NCBI GenBank assembly: GCA_964016885.1
Contig: OZ024746.1
Location: forward strand, 65,410,001 to 65,474,000
Source of the DNA: Eledone cirrhosa
Taxonomy: Eukaryota
Reading direction: 5' to 3'
DNA length: 64,000 nt
A program made the translations under genes and the position numbers. The notes beneath the pieces were generated by a model. The model ran no database searches. It saw only the letters and a program-made list of their open reading frames with translations, and had not been told where the DNA came from. Every line of letters starts with the position of its first letter. The stretch's first letter is position 1. Shown here piece after piece: positions 1 to 15,049 of the stretch.

Positions 1-489
1 CACATTTTATAAGATAGTGTTTCGGATAGCTAATTTGTTTAAACAAACCTGCAGCACTCATTTTCTTTCTTTCACTATTTCTGTATATACATATCTAACT
101 ATCTATCTAATATTATCTCTATGTATCAATGATACACTCAAACAAACTAACACACACATTCACCACACATATACACACACGTTGCAGCTTTTTGAGAGAG
201 GAAGACCTTCGAAAAATTTAAAGAGCCCAAGATTCCACCAATACCTATGAGTTGATATACGCACGTATGCATGCCTAATACATGGTGGCTGCAAACTAGT
301 TTTCGAGTACGGCCACTACTTTATATCCATGTAGGAGAACCCCCACCGATGCGCTGAACGAGTATGACTTATTAGTCCAGCAAGCGACTTGAAAACTCTG
401 GTACGAACACTACACCTGTGACAATTATTGACACATAGTGCTAGGCCCATGGTACCATGTGACGACAAGTGCAAAGAGATCTCCAGATA

Positions 490-888
490 TAAAGCAATGC
501 CTGTGCCGTGAAGCTTTTATAGTGAGCAAAGGCACTGCACAAAGCCAGTCCCACTCTCTTAACCAATATGATATTTACCAAAAAGAAGAACAAGTCGACA
601 TCATTGGATACCATCAGGGTTGCAGGTGTTATATCAGAGTTTTCCTTCTCCTAGAATTCTGCCTTGACAAAGGCTAAGGGGTCATCTCTCCCGGTGATTT
701 TGGATGGCCATTGACTCTTAAGAGCTCTTTGCCCTTTGACAGGTTTTGTTTTTAGTCCTGCAGGATGTCCAAAGTCAGCCTCCTCACCAAGAAACCTTGG
801 TGGGGTTGCCAGTTTAGTCGCCAACGACCCGACCATGAGACAGGTTGTACTGGGATACATGTTACCAGTAGCACCAACTGGTGACCTG
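490..888 (-). mobile_element. Interspersed repeat, probably the 5' UTR region of an RTE-type LINE, abutting (ACAT)n
   Basis: Visible similarity to 1945-2185 (tgtgcgtgaag...gcaggt..tatatc.gagtt...ccttctcctagaa...gacaaaggcta) and to 57985-58130 (tggatggcc.ttgactct...tttgccctttgacag). The RTE assignment is from recall of similar 5' UTRs. Confidence 0.45.
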
Positions 889-977
889 ACATACATACAT
901 ACATACATACATACATACATACATACATACATACATACATACATACATTCATACATACATACACACATACATACATA
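889..977. repeat. (ACAT)n microsatellite
   Basis: Directly visible tetranucleotide run. Confidence 0.95.
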
Positions 978-1037
978 GATGATGGCTGCCCCCTCAATAT
1001 CGAGTATGGCCATTGCACGATATACCATTATTAATAA

Positions 1038-1920
1038 CTAGCAGTAAAGCCCGGCGTTGCTCGGGGTCGCTCAGTAGCTGTGTTAAAGTTACAATGTTAA
1101 GTTTCTTTCTTGGCTTAAAAACTGTAGTGTCTACTGTGCAGACTTGCATGTGGTGTTTTTGATTAATATTCCCTCAACCAACAATATGCCTTATGAAGTT
1201 AAGAAAACATAACGATAACCCGAATGTTATAACAAAAGAGGATGCTGGGGATAGAAACTGCACTGGTTATTTATTAACAAAGATCGAAAATGTAAACACT
1301 GCAACGCAGAGAAAAACATTAGCGTAACCAAATTATCAGTTATGTCTGTCTGCACGCCTATATCACCTCTCTGCACGACTGTCTGTCTGCACGCCTATAT
1401 CACCACTCTGCACGACTGTCTGTCTGCACGCCTATATCACCTCTCTGCACGACTGTCTGTCTGCACGCCTAACGACGAAATATTTGCTTGTTTTACGTAG
1501 TCTTTAAATAGACTTGTTTTCAAGTAAAAATATTGTTTTAAAATGCTTTTAAATGGAAATGAAGCAAAACGGAAGCTTAGTGTTCGAACTGATGAATTTT
1601 GGTGGCTCGACAACTGTTCGTTCGTGTATTGTGTTAATGTCATTTTAAACGCTGAGAAAGCCAGCGTAATTTTTTACGTAAGACGCTCAATGTAAACAGA
1701 ACAAAGGGAAATAACTGATAACTTACGCTCAAAAATCGATACATTATATTCGATTTCGTCACATAGGGTGGGTCAATTTGAAATTTTTTTTTCCGATGTC
1801 TTCGCTAGGGCTCAATGTACAAATATAGCAATTTCGGTGCAATTCCGTGAGAGATTCTAAGAGGAGATGTGTGCCAAAAATCGATAGACAGACAGACAAC
1901 CACAGTTTTATATATATAGA
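1038..1920 (-). mobile_element. Non-autonomous Helitron
   Basis: On the minus strand it starts TC (TCTATATATATAAAA..., then (TCTG)n), has a subterminal hairpin CCCGAGCAACGCCGGG and ends CTAG. It sits between A and T with no TSD, the canonical Helitron termini. Confidence 0.8.
1343..1471. repeat. 37-bp minisatellite (~3.5 copies) inside the Helitron
   Basis: Unit tgtctgtctgcacgcctatatcacctctctgcacgac. Confidence 0.9.
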
Positions 1921-1944
1921 TTATTAATTAATTCTATCGTACAA

Positions 1945-2185
1945 TGTCTGTGCGTGAAGATATTTTCTAAAGTGAGGAAATACTGTGCACTGAGCCAATT
2001 CCACTCTCTGAGCGACAGTAGCTATAACTCGAAAAGAAGAAAAGATCAACATTATCGGTAACTACTGAGCCGCAGGTTTTATATCGGAGTTATCCCAGTT
2101 TCCTGAGTTGCCTTCTCCTAGAAGAATGCACTGACAAAGGCTAGAGGTCCTTCACACCCACTGGTTTAACCGCGCGATCTTCTAA
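1945..2185 (-). mobile_element. Diverged relative of the 490-888 repeat, also followed by (ACAT)n
   Basis: Shared blocks with 500-680. Confidence 0.45.
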
Positions 2186-2332
2186 CATACATACATACAT
2201 ATATTCACACATAATTACCTACATACATACATTCCTAGATGGCGACACGAATGGACCTGTTTTTTCCCCGAATTAATTTTTTTATCGTTATTGCCACTGC
2301 ACACACACCTCTATCTTTCTATTTCACATTCT

Positions 2333-2369
2333 ATTTTATGATGAAGGGCTAGCATCCGAAGCATAAAAT
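2333..2369 (+). ncRNA. Degenerate hammerhead-like remnant
   Basis: atttt-ATGATGA-AGGG-ctagcat-CC-GAAG-ca-taaaat; both core boxes carry a substitution. Similar to the 62760 motif. Confidence 0.3.
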
Positions 2370-2439
2370 CTCTTTTCCCACTATATCAAGCGTAAAAGTA
2401 ATATATTTCTTTATTGTACTGTGTTATTTGAAATTAGTG

Positions 2440-2620
2440 ATCCTGGAGAAAATAACTTAACATATAGAAAGGGGTTAAGAGAAATGGAGAAAACAAATTC
2501 CCCACCCTTGGTTAGATGGCATATCTCAGCAGCGCCCCTGGACAAATTAACAAAAGCAATGCTGCAGAGAACAGCCCTTAGTCTCTTTGGTACAATCTTC
2601 CCGATTTTGCGGAGTTAGTA
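2440..2620 (+). mobile_element. Decayed 3' end of an R4/Dong-like non-LTR retrotransposon
   Basis: Translation ...RKGLREME...MLQRTALSLFGTIFPILRS resembles the R4/Dong C-terminal LQKTALLGTARILR motif. Confidence 0.3.
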
Positions 2621-3726
2621 TGTTGTCCGGGGATCGAATACAACAGAGATCCCGACGCCAAGATGCATAAAAACGAAACGTTTGACCAAAAGCCCGTAAT
2701 TAGTTATCTTTAATTCGTCTAAATTATTGGAGGGTGTGTGCTCAGGTTTGTGATTGAGGCAATAAGAGTAGCATAGGAGAACATATCTTAACATGTAGCC
2801 ACTCAGTTTAGTTATTTATTCCACTCGTAGGTGGGAGGTTTTAGCCCGCCTGGGATCCTACCATCCCGTGATCGTTGCCAACACACACCAATTTAAACAG
2901 TAAATGGACCACGTCATGTACCTTCTGATAACGTCTTTCAAAGCAACCTGCCGAGGGAACCAACTTGGATTCCGGTGATACGATAGCTGCATAGAATATA
3001 AAACGAACCTTGTGTTGTTGATTCTTTCCTCTGTAATAATTAATTTGCATGCCTGTTCTTGACAGAAATAGAAATTATATGAATAACAAATTAGTTTCAT
3101 TTTCAATGTGTTAAATCTGAAATTTCATAATGTTCGCTTTGTAACTCTCATATTAAAATTCTTTATAAAACAAGATGACTTTAGATATCGTGGCGAATAG
3201 AATTAAACATGAACCGACACGCACATATAAATCAGCTAAGCTATCATAATCCTATTAATATTTTACTAATAGCTGCTCAGGTCAAAATTCTTATAAAATA
3301 CAATTCCAAGCTATATTTAATCCACAGATCAATGTCATTATTCCTTCTTCTTTAATGCTTAAATGATAGATATTTGGGTATTAAGCTGCGATCCTTGATT
3401 AATAAGGCGATTTTATTGGAAATAATATAATAAAGACGTTATTTTATTATGTAGAAGCAGATGAAACTACTGACTGTTCAATGAATGTCCAGTTCTCTAT
3501 TACCGACAGGTATGTAACTCGATGCCAAAATATATGAAAGATTGTAAAGATTTTGAAAATGTAAGTAATTTTAAAAGTACATCAAGATTAACTGATATAA
3601 TAGAAAATGACAAACTTTTTTTATCTATACCATACAAGCAAATTTGAAGGAGAACAGGTTTTTAATACAGTGGTTTCATTCATTGTTATGTACAGAAACA
3701 TACCTTAGTGTTAAGTAGAAATAACT

Positions 3727-3941
3727 ACTTCTGATTTAAGCACAAGGCCAACAATTTGAGGGGAGGGGAAAGTCGATTAAATCGACCCCCAGTGTATCAC
3801 TGGTGCTTTATTTTATCGACCCCGTTAGGATGAAAGGCAAAGTTAACCTCGGTGGAATTTGAACTCAGAATGAAGAGGGCTCTAACTATATGCCGCAAAC
3901 ATATTGTCAGACGCTCTACCGAAACTGCTAATCCGCTGCCC
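3727..3941 (-). mobile_element. tRNA-derived SINE, family 1 (octopus-type)
   Basis: Minus strand has the B box GAGTTCAAATTCC followed by GAGGTTAACTTTGCCTTTCATCC...GTCGATAAAATAAAG; more than 10 copies in the window. Confidence 0.85.
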
Positions 3942-4244
3942 TTGAGTAAAAATATTGAGGAAGTTAATAGACGCAAAATAATTTTTCGCATTTACGTAGC
4001 TTTAGTAAATCTATAGATGTGTTAGAGATTTTAATAACAGCGTTCCATCATTGTATGATAGAAGCTGGGGCTATAGATCCAGCACTTTGTCAGTGATGTG
4101 GGCGATTTTCTAAGCGAATATTCCAATATGTTTGATTACGAACACTCTGTGCAAGAATTCATGCATATGTATAAATCAATGTCTTTGAAAAGTGTAAATG
4201 AATTAATTCTATATTAGAGCTATTTCATGAACTTGGTTACGTGT

Positions 4245-4435
4245 CCACAATATCCGAAACTATTATACTCATTTTAATATTCCTGGCTATCCTTGCAATT
4301 TTAGAACTCCAGCTGCAATCTTATAAATCTTCGACACATTTCCATCATTTGCAAGACGCTTAATGGTTGAAGAACAGTTGTGTCTACCGACTCGTATTTT
4401 TACCGAAAAACACATACCCATTGATATAGAAATAC
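4245..4435 (+). mobile_element. Possible fossil hAT transposase C-terminal (dimerisation) region
   Basis: RRLMVEEQLCLPTRIFTEKHIPIDIE weakly resembles the hATC RSTMxEERLxxLxxxxIExxIxID motif. Confidence 0.25.
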
Positions 4436-4881
4436 AAGAGGTCTATTACACGAGATACAGGAATTTGGCACAAAGCCAAGCCGCTTATAAAAAATTAAAC
4501 AATTTTACTTTTTCATATGGGATTGTTGTGCTCGTTCCATGTAAATGTATCACTGATTCTACTACAGGAAAGACGTTCACATGATTTTATTTCAGAAATG
4601 ATTGAAAATTAAGGAAAAAAAATATTGTGTCTTTTCTGTAATTCGCTATATTTTTCTTTGTTAAATAGATATAAAAAATAGGTCATATAAGATATCCAAC
4701 ATATTAAAAAAACATAGATATACAAATATCATTTACACGAATTATATTTTGATTCAGTTAACTATGAAGCAAGAGGATTTAAAAAATGGGTAGATGAGTT
4801 TTAGATACTCAAATCCTTAATTGTACAGCGACTAAGTACTTTTAAAGCATGTTACAATTCTGAAATACAGACGAAACTGAT

Positions 4882-4989
<108 letters not shown>

Positions 4990-5008
4990 CTCTTGTATTA
5001 TATATAAT

Positions 5009-5217
5009 ACAATATATTAACAAATGGAAACTATATTTATAAAACCATATTTATTTCATTATACATAGCAAATTATGATGTGCTTTCATCAGATAAAATA
5101 TAATATAGATCAGTTTTATAAACAAATATTGACATACCCTTAAAGAATGCAACCATGTCGGTTGTATCCCATGTTGTAGCCCATGTTGTTGTATCCCAAC
5201 AAATTAAATATAACTTC

Positions 5218-5220
<3 letters not shown>
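5009..5220. mobile_element. HHR family A element, rearranged (minus-strand body with partly deleted HHR plus plus-strand tail)
   Basis: Matches 28529-28700 and the tail at 28942-28978. tcatcag is retained but the GAAA/stem II arm is deleted. Confidence 0.75.
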
Positions 5221-5291
<71 letters not shown>

Positions 5292-5319
5292 AATAAATAA
5301 ATAAATATATATATATATA

Positions 5320-5377
5320 CTATTCGGATTTAGCTCTCGAAACGACTGGAGCTCAGCCGTCGGGGTCCTGAATCTTT

Positions 5378-5428
<51 letters not shown>

Positions 5429-5518
5429 AATAAATAAATAAATATATATATATATATATACTATTCGGATTTAGCTCTCGAACGACTGGAGCTCAGCCGT
5501 CGGGGTCCTGAATCTTTT
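5320..5518 (+). mobile_element. Two tandem fragments of family G (half-hammerhead element) in (TA)n
   Basis: tattcggatttagctctcGAAACGACTGGAGCTCAGCCGTCggggtcctg at 5320-5378 and 5461-5518, duplicated together with the flanking microsatellite. Confidence 0.7.
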
Positions 5519-7625
5519 TATATATATATATAATTCATTAAACTATTGAAAAAGTGACAACAATTGTTTCCCTAGGTACAACATAAGAAGCCTGTTCCAC
5601 TGACAATAGCCACTTGTTATATATATATCGTGAATGAGAAATGGGGTGCCGATTTAATTAGGGCATCAGGTTATAAAATTCCTATTGTATATTATTTTAA
5701 AATCTGGTCTTGCAAAAATACTAAATATGTCATAAAATTCGTTTGATTATTTGTCTGAAGTTTGCTTGCTAATATACCTCCCAAACATAAAACCTGGCAA
5801 CATAGATATTTTCAACAATACGCTTCATTTACATTACGCCTAATACGAAAAATGTTCGATATAATGCTGGAATTTATTCTATATAATTTTATATTCCCTC
5901 GTGTGTAGATGTTACATCGATATTTAGAACAATATTTATAGCTCTTTTAATGTTTTTCATTCATCTCGTAAATATTGAATGATATTAATCTAATGCAGTT
6001 CACAACTATTTTATTATAATTTATATTCTCATGATTTATGAGCCAAGATCAGCACGATATTCCCTTTTGCCGAAAGAAGTAATTTCCTCACTTATGATAA
6101 ATAGTCATCTTTTCAAGTCGATCACACAATGAGCTAGAAATGATGACAGTAAAACAAATAATTACCTTTGGGTAGTGGTTAACTATTAGTTATTACTGAC
6201 TTCGGAGTGTGTCTTCAGTTAATCTAGACAATAGTAAAATCATGAGCTAATATTGAGGACACGCACAACCTAAGGAATCATAGATATAACCAAAATGAGA
6301 AATTTTATGTCAGATTTCTTGAATATAGTTATAGCAATTGTTTAACTTTACAAAGGTTGAGCAGACATATCATCAAAATCGTTCCATCTGTGACCATCCT
6401 GTCTATATTTTCAGGAATATTATATCCAAAATTAAATCGTATAATGTATAATTTATTTTTGTAAGACAATTTCCTACTGTATATATATATATATATTACT
6501 CTTTTACACGTTCCAGCCATCCGACTGAGGCCATGCTGGGGCACCGGCATATATATATATAGAGAGAGAGAGAGAGAAAGAGAGGGAGGGAGAGAGAGAG
6601 GCTTCGATGCTTATTGTAGAAATTAGATATATGTAGAAGCATCCTCGTTGACACGTTGGTTATTAGAACATTGATGGGAAAAGAAAGTTCAGCAGCTGTT
6701 TAAAATATTTGAATATCAGAATATAATACTTAAAATAGGAGGGATCGTTCTCAATAAATAGAAAATATTCACAAAAGCGAAATTTATTTTGGTGGTTCGT
6801 CTAGAATGTTTTACATCACCTATGATCGTCTGAACCTACATATTTGTTTGAAGCACACTGGAATCGGTCCTAATTAGAGACAGTCTCATACACATTATCA
6901 ATAGAACTACTGTCTAAACAGTTAATTTTAGATACAGGCTTCATGCAATATGATATATAAAAAGTCATTTTGTTATTCAGAACAAATGGTATTTAATTAT
7001 TCCTTTAATCGATTTGTCTCGAGTGATAAACGTGGTTAATTGTTCTTTTGAATAGTTACATGTTGACGGCTACAAAAACAATGTAAAAGGGGTGACGTTC
7101 TGGCAGAAATGATTGGCCGTGGTGGTTAATGCAGGACCTACAATGGAGAGGTTATAAAACATGGTTTATGAGAGGAGTAAAATACAATATTCCTCTTACC
7201 TGAGTTGGCATGAGACCAGCAACACAGAATTCGCAGCAGAAAAGGTAGCGAGCGAGAAACATAATGTGTTGGGGAAACGCTGGAGATGTGTTAGTGAGCA
7301 TATTTATGCATATATGTTGGGTGGTAATTTTTATGCATTTAGAAATATTTCACTTTATCAAACGAAGCTTATTGTAGACAGATATTTTGAAGTTCTTGCC
7401 CATGAAAAAATACGAGAGAGAAAGAGAGGAAGCTAGAAAGGAAAATTGAGAATATATGAATAAAAGTATTTCCCAGAGAAGGATATTCCTAAAATGAAGT
7501 TTACTTGACACAACTCTGTTTAGGTATTAAAATTAGATATCTCTTGCCCTAATGATTTGTGTGAATCGTGATCATTAATGATTGGATGACAGCAAAGGGA
7601 AGCAAGCTGATATAGAGCAACATAA

Positions 7626-7672
7626 ATGTATACAAGTATACAAGTATACAAGTATACAAGTATACAAGTACA
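7626..7672. repeat. (AAGTATAC)n octamer repeat
   Basis: About 5 tandem copies visible. Confidence 0.9.
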
Positions 7673-8422
7673 CAGTGAGACAATATACAGGTCTTTAGTC
7701 CGCCAAGACAATTATAATTCCGTATGCACCGTAGACGTAAACGTGGATAACTATTTAATATAAAATACGTCATGTTCTCCAAAGGAAAAATAGTTTGAGA
7801 TATCATAACCTAGTATTCGGTTATAATACTTGGAAGTAACCTACAGTAGTATCATTTATCAAATTCACTTACCCCGACAAATAGATATAATATAACATAC
7901 CGTACATACCTCGTGTGTAGCCTGGGAATTTTACCAGTTTGGGTATAGTCATGGTGTCATTTTTCTTTAAACTGAAGATGGATAAATATAACTTACGATC
8001 ATGAGCAGAATACCCTAACCATTACGTCCCGTGTCTTCACGGAACAACGAAGTACCAATAAGAATAATAGTAATTTTGATTCTAACAACAGTATTAGATC
8101 CTTTACTGAGTGTATACAGGTTACCTACATAATTGATACGGTATGCTTGATTCTTCCTTCCAGTTGAATCTGGTCAGTTTGCATGATTCTACATCTCCTG
8201 ATAAGAAATATGTTTCATTCATTTTGACTGAAGAATATACGAATGTACATTAGTGCATTGTTATAAGGCTATATAATCGTTATTGTAACAGAGCACTGGA
8301 TGTACTACATACACACCAATACCGGGCTAAGATCTATGCATGCACATATGCGCAGCAACATATATCAGTTCATTCTTTTTGTTGTTGTATAAACTCAAGT
8401 TGCTAGAGCGTCATATATATAT

Positions 8423-8774
<352 letters not shown>

Positions 8775-9072
8775 ATAAACTAAAGTTAACGGAATTCTTT
8801 GATAGATAACATTAGAATTTTGCTATAATGGTATAATTCCAAGTGGAATACTTCATTTTTCACTTATATAAACTTTCTTTCGATGTTTATGGAAACTAGA
8901 TAAAATAAAAAGTTATGGCTGCATCGTCGTTGTTTTTTTCCCACAAAAGCCATATGTTACATTTTTCTGTAGTTGCATTTCTGTAATTTCTGTTCATCGG
9001 GTGTTTTGTGAACAAGTTCAAATCACGTCTTCTCATTAATGTAAAACCATTAAAGGTGAATGTAGAAACCAT

Positions 9073-9388
9073 GAAGGCGCTTGTGTTTCTGGTTAGACTA
9101 TTCTGTTTACGATCGTAAGGTCATGAGTTCGATTTCCGGCGGCACTTTGAGCCCTTGAGCAAGACACTTATTTCCCGTTGTTTCAGTCCACTCATCTGGC
9201 AAATTGTACATGTAATTCGAAGGGCCAACCGTGTCACATTCTGTTTCATGCTAAATCTCCCTGAGAACTACGTTACGAATAACCGTGTTTGTAGAATGCT
9301 CAGCCATTTGTACGTTAATTTCACGGGCAGGCTGTTCCGTTGATCATATCAACAGGAATACTCACCGTCGTAACCGACGGAGTGCCAT
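9073..9388 (+). mobile_element. tRNA-derived SINE, family 2
   Basis: tRNA-like head with GAGTTCGATTTCC, then cttgagcaagacactt-atttc, which is shared with 59742-60003. Confidence 0.7.
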
Positions 9389-9539
9389 CTATTTAAGTAC
9401 ATCTCATTGTTATCAACACGACAGTATGTTGAATCCATCGTCGTTATAGATGACTGATTATTTAGACCCCCCCCCCGTTTTACTACCTTAGTCATGAACG
9501 ACACCACAATGAAGGAGGAGTATAATTGTTGTATGGAAC

Positions 9540-9755
9540 ACGTGGGGTCACAGAACAGGTTGAGTTAGGAGGTTGGACTGGACTTTTGCTGTTCAGAGTT
9601 TGGCTAACATGGAAGTAGGTGTTGGAAAAGTTGTTGACCGATTGTTGGAGTTGAATTGAATGGCAGCGAAATGCGTCATCATCTGCATATTGTGAGGTGA
9701 CAAGCAGTTATGAACGAAATCTGGCTGTGTTGAGGGATTGCTCTATCGGGGTAAC
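9540..9755 (-). pseudogene. Fossil RTE/BovB-like reverse transcriptase fragment
   Basis: Minus strand reads LVTSQYADDDAFRCHSIQLQQSVNNFSNTY...LNSK; YADD at 9678-9689. Confidence 0.6.
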
Positions 9756-12093
9756 AATTTGTTTGGATGCTTGGAAATTTATATTTAATACATACATGAT
9801 TAACTTGCAATACTGAGTACAAGTGAGAATATGGGTTCAGAAATGGCTGTTGAAAGAGACTTCTCTAATTATGCTTACACCTGAATTTTCAATCAACCTG
9901 TGGATTTTACCATTTAAATATGGGTCTTACTCTTATACAAACTACACAGACTCCTCTTCACATAACTGTCAAGTAACCCACTTGGCAATGATACTTTACT
10001 CAATGGATGTGAAGACAACCTGTAAGTGCTGCTTTAAATTCACGGTTATAGTAACAGTTATTTAAACAACTGCACATGTTATAGTTATGAAATAAAAAAA
10101 ATGAATACTTTTAATTTTTGTCACATCATAGTTGTTTTACTGGATTGGTGTGGACTGTAACCATGATTGCTGTAGGCTTCCCGAATTTGAAAAGCCCGAC
10201 GCGACACAGTTAATATTTCTTCTGCACTTTTACAAGTCTAAGGCCGGAGAAAACTGTTTGCAAATCGAGAGCTCAACATGCTTTCAATTCCCAGTTAGGA
10301 GCTTCACTGCCTTCATTCAGGCCAAACGAAAACAATTATTATAACATTCAATTACGTGCATAAAAATGATAATAACACTCCTGTAAACTACGTTGCAAAG
10401 TTCGCAAAAAATATAGAATTTTTATGGGCAATTCATGTGGGTGAGTATTTCATTATACCATGATTTCCTGCAGAGGATAATATGTTATTTTATATTACTG
10501 ACATTAGATTACCCATACGGACAGAGGAAAGAGAAGGTTGTGATGGTATATACATATAGCAGTGTGTGTATGTGTGTGTATCTGTGTGTGTGTGTGAATG
10601 TGTGTGTATGTGTGTGTATGTATCTCTGTGAATATGTGATTGTCCGGTGTTGCGTAAATGCGAAGAACTCTTTCGTCTAGGGATTAGAGAATTTGCGAGA
10701 GATATCTTGGATGTAAATTGAAATTTGCTGAGTTCAAAGACCTGCAAGATAGAGGGAACTGTGTATACTTGTGAAACACGTAACTTTGCTTCGAAGAATC
10801 TTTATTTTCATAATTACTTTCTGTACCAGCATTTTCCCTCATTCACATTATCTACGATAAAATTACTCCCCAAATATTGATCTAAAACAAATATATTTAC
10901 AAAACATCTAAGCTTATTAACTGAATGCATTCTTTTAAACGTTGAAGTGAATGAGTGCTAATATGGCTATCTGTTTAGCAATTTGTTCACGAGAAAAACA
11001 TTATAGGTAGCAAATAGATATGATTAGCAATACTTGGAAAGCTAAATACATGGCGTAGTCATGACGAAGATGCTTTACCTATGAAATGCAGAAGCCCAAC
11101 AGAGACTAGTAAGGTTAATAAGTTTGCTGATATTTGTAAACATTTATAAGTGGACATATGCAGCAAATAAGTGGGGAAGAAGAAAGGTTCAATGCGTTGA
11201 AAGTATGAAAATAATGGCTACTGTGTTATCGGTGTGGGAGAAATGGTATGGTTGATGAGCGGCGGAGAGACGTGAGTCATTGGTGTGTTTGGATGAAGGT
11301 ATGCAACTATCAAGTTCAAGAAGGGCCGATCAGTCGTGATTGAACGTGGGAAGAGTGAGGAGACACTATGTAAATAAAGTTGATTGCATAGTGTATATTT
11401 GACCATCAGTCGAACGGCTTATATTTAGATAGACTGTAATACTTGAGACTGCGAGCATGTGTAGTTATATGAATCTGGCAAAATACAGAACAAAAGACGA
11501 AGCACACATAATACAGAGATCATTAAATTTTGCAACCAGTAATAATTATACTCTGAGGAAAATCAACATTCGTCATTGTCTATGGTTCCTTTGGAAAGTT
11601 ACAAAAGATAATTCCAAATAACGACACGTTTGGTTTAAGTTGAAACCACTTGATGAGCAACAGAAATCTGTGATTTATATTCTAATTATAATCCCGATTT
11701 GATCCGATAGAGCTACATCAAGAATTTTGTGGTTTATTTCAGAGAACAGTGTGAGAAGTAACTGATGGATGTTACATAACCTTGGGATCCATTACGGGGT
11801 GAATAACTATCTTTATATATAAACAATTTAACGATTTTTTTTCTTTGAAATTACATTTCAGAATGATAAATTCAATTTATAATAAAAAGCAAATTCAGGA
11901 ATGTTTCTTTTATATGAAGAATTGCTTCGAACGTACCAGATTATATGCATAAAATATTGCTCTGCTGTTAATGAATATATAGATTGTATGCTTTCATAAA
12001 TCAAATTCAATAGAAGAACAACAAAAAACACAGAATCGGGATTGTAAATTCTTCTCGTAAACTTATATCTTTCCCAACATTTCACTGTTATAT

Positions 12094-12559
<466 letters not shown>

Positions 12560-12578
12560 ATATATATAAATATATATA

Positions 12579-13040
<462 letters not shown>

Positions 13041-13789
13041 TATCTTGTACTCGATTAAAGCAACTGACTCGGGCATGGCCTGGAAACAATGGAGATAGTT
13101 CCTCTACCTTTAGCTGATTTACACATTTTAAGACAATCTATGATATTCGGTGTCGAACTTGTCCATAAACTAATTTTCTGAAAGCAACGAACAGTCTTCC
13201 ATCATTATATATCCTAAACAAACATAGGTTCTTTGCAAGTTGACGGGACGGAAATATAAAACTATATATAGAAGTCATGCGCTATTTATGTATGTGAACA
13301 CAATGCAACACGACAATGCTTAAGAGAAGCTCACTGCATATAAAAGTGTATATATAAATAGAAATTCGCAAAATAGCGCGAAATAGCGCAAAATAGCGCA
13401 AAATAGCGCGAAATTTATTACACTTATTGACCAACCAATCAAATTACTTCTCTAAAAACCTGGCGTTTTGAGCCACTTTTTTCCATATAAAACAAGTAAC
13501 ATTCAAAGACCAACCAGATGTGAGAAAAACCACAAAGCCCCCATCTCAACTCTACTTTTGAAAAGCAGAAGAACTGCGAAACCGGTAAAAGAACCAAATA
13601 AATATATATTTTTTTTAAAAATAAGACTCCAGTTGCATTTTCGATTTCATCTTTTTTTCTTTATATTTTCACTCGTGTAGGACACCTCGGTTATTTTTCA
13701 TTTTGTAAAAGAAACCTCACTTTCTAATATATATATATATATATACATGTGTATATACATACATGTATATGTACATGTATGTATATATA

Positions 13790-13966
13790 CTTCCAACAGA
13801 AATGGTCGCATTCTTTAAGGGTATGTCAATATTTATTTATAAAACTGATCTATATTATATTTTATCTGATGAAAGCGCACCATAATTTGACTTGGTGTCC
13901 TTGAAATATGTATAATGAAATAAATATGGTTTTATAAATATAGTTTCCATTTGTTAATATATCGTA
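13790..13966 (+). mobile_element. HHR family A single arm in TA-rich sequence
   Basis: Homologous to 28714-28890. Confidence 0.8.
13858..13922 (+). ncRNA. Type I hammerhead ribozyme motif (family A)
   Basis: TATTTTAT-CTGATGA-AAGCGCACCA-TAATTTGACT-TGGTGTCCTT-GAAA-TATGTA-TA-ATGAAATA. Confidence 0.8.
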
Positions 13967-13995
13967 TATATATATATATAAATATATATTCATTT

Positions 13996-14025
<30 letters not shown>

Positions 14026-14026
<1 letters not shown>

Positions 14027-14120
14027 ACTAAGGAGGTGTGGGGTAAGGAACCAGATGGACCATAACGCACCAGAGTACTCAATACTTAGGGTAGTAGAGT
14101 GGGTAATAGGAAAACATTTT

Positions 14121-14125
<5 letters not shown>
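14026..14125 (-). mobile_element. Family G element, collapsed to tail plus a tiny hairpin (taggaaaacattttccta)
   Basis: Reverse complement of 16341-16431; flanked by (TA)n. Confidence 0.75.
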
Positions 14126-14158
<33 letters not shown>

Positions 14159-14980
14159 TATGAGATATGTAGTTGTCCATATGTTTATATGCACGTGCAT
14201 GTTATATGGGTGCATAAGACTGCAAACATCATACATGTATGTTTGAACGTGGATATTTTGTATCTCAATATAGAAAACTGTACATCCGTATAATATAGAG
14301 CAAAGTATTTCACTTTTCGATCTTATGAAAGAATTAGGAATGTTCGTCAGAGATCATATTTATCAATATGAGTTGCCATGTGCAATATCACGCAACGTGA
14401 TTCATTGCTTATACTTTATAAACCACATAGAATGTCTAGTCCCATTTGCTATTCATCTAATTTCTTTACTACTTCAGTATATAGATGTAAATATCCGTAT
14501 ATCTTGGTAGGTGGGAAATAGGAAATATTAATATCCATACATTTCTCAAGGCTACTGAACATATCCAACTGTCTTAATCATAATATAGCTCTCCTCATTT
14601 GTGTTAGACTCTTGTAAATCGCCAATATAAATAAATCAGTCAGTTGCAATGTTGCGTATTCAATTCTTTTATCAACTCAACGTCCACATCGTTTACGTTT
14701 TTCTGATGCCGAATTAATATGACACAATATGACAAGGTAGTTCTTTGTATTAGAGGTACAATCTACCTGGCCGACATCCACATATTTTTCGTTTACATAA
14801 TCTCACCCAGAAGACATGGATCGATCCCGGTACCTTAGGATTGCAAAGAAAATTTATTTTTTAAATAGTCAGCCATAGTCAGCCATACCATCATCCAATG
14901 TGATAGCACAAAACCTATAATACAATATATCTAATATAACATTTTCTGCGTTTCTTATATGTCACATGCGTTATGTTTTA

Positions 14981-15039
<59 letters not shown>

Positions 15040-15049
15040 ATCTATCTAT

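Noticed and set aside
1343-1471. CRISPR-like 37-bp periodicity
   Set aside because: Contiguous tandem units with no unique spacers, inside a eukaryotic Helitron.
3727-3941. tRNA genes (A/B boxes in SINE heads)
   Set aside because: No full cloverleaf; boxes are attached to repeated SINE bodies with TSDs.
5555-5620. Minus-strand GAAACAATTGTT-GTCAC half-hammerhead between TA runs
   Set aside because: No CUGANGA box or stem I partner visible and single copy; too little to call.
6505-6550. Short fragment resembling another octopus SINE (gact..ggccatgctgg.gcacc)
   Set aside because: Only ~45 bp, single copy in the window; the identification rests on recall alone.
6838-6952. Weak hairpin (tgaagc/gcttca, agacagt/actgtct), possible pre-miRNA
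   Set aside because: Pairing is patchy and expected by chance in AT-rich DNA.
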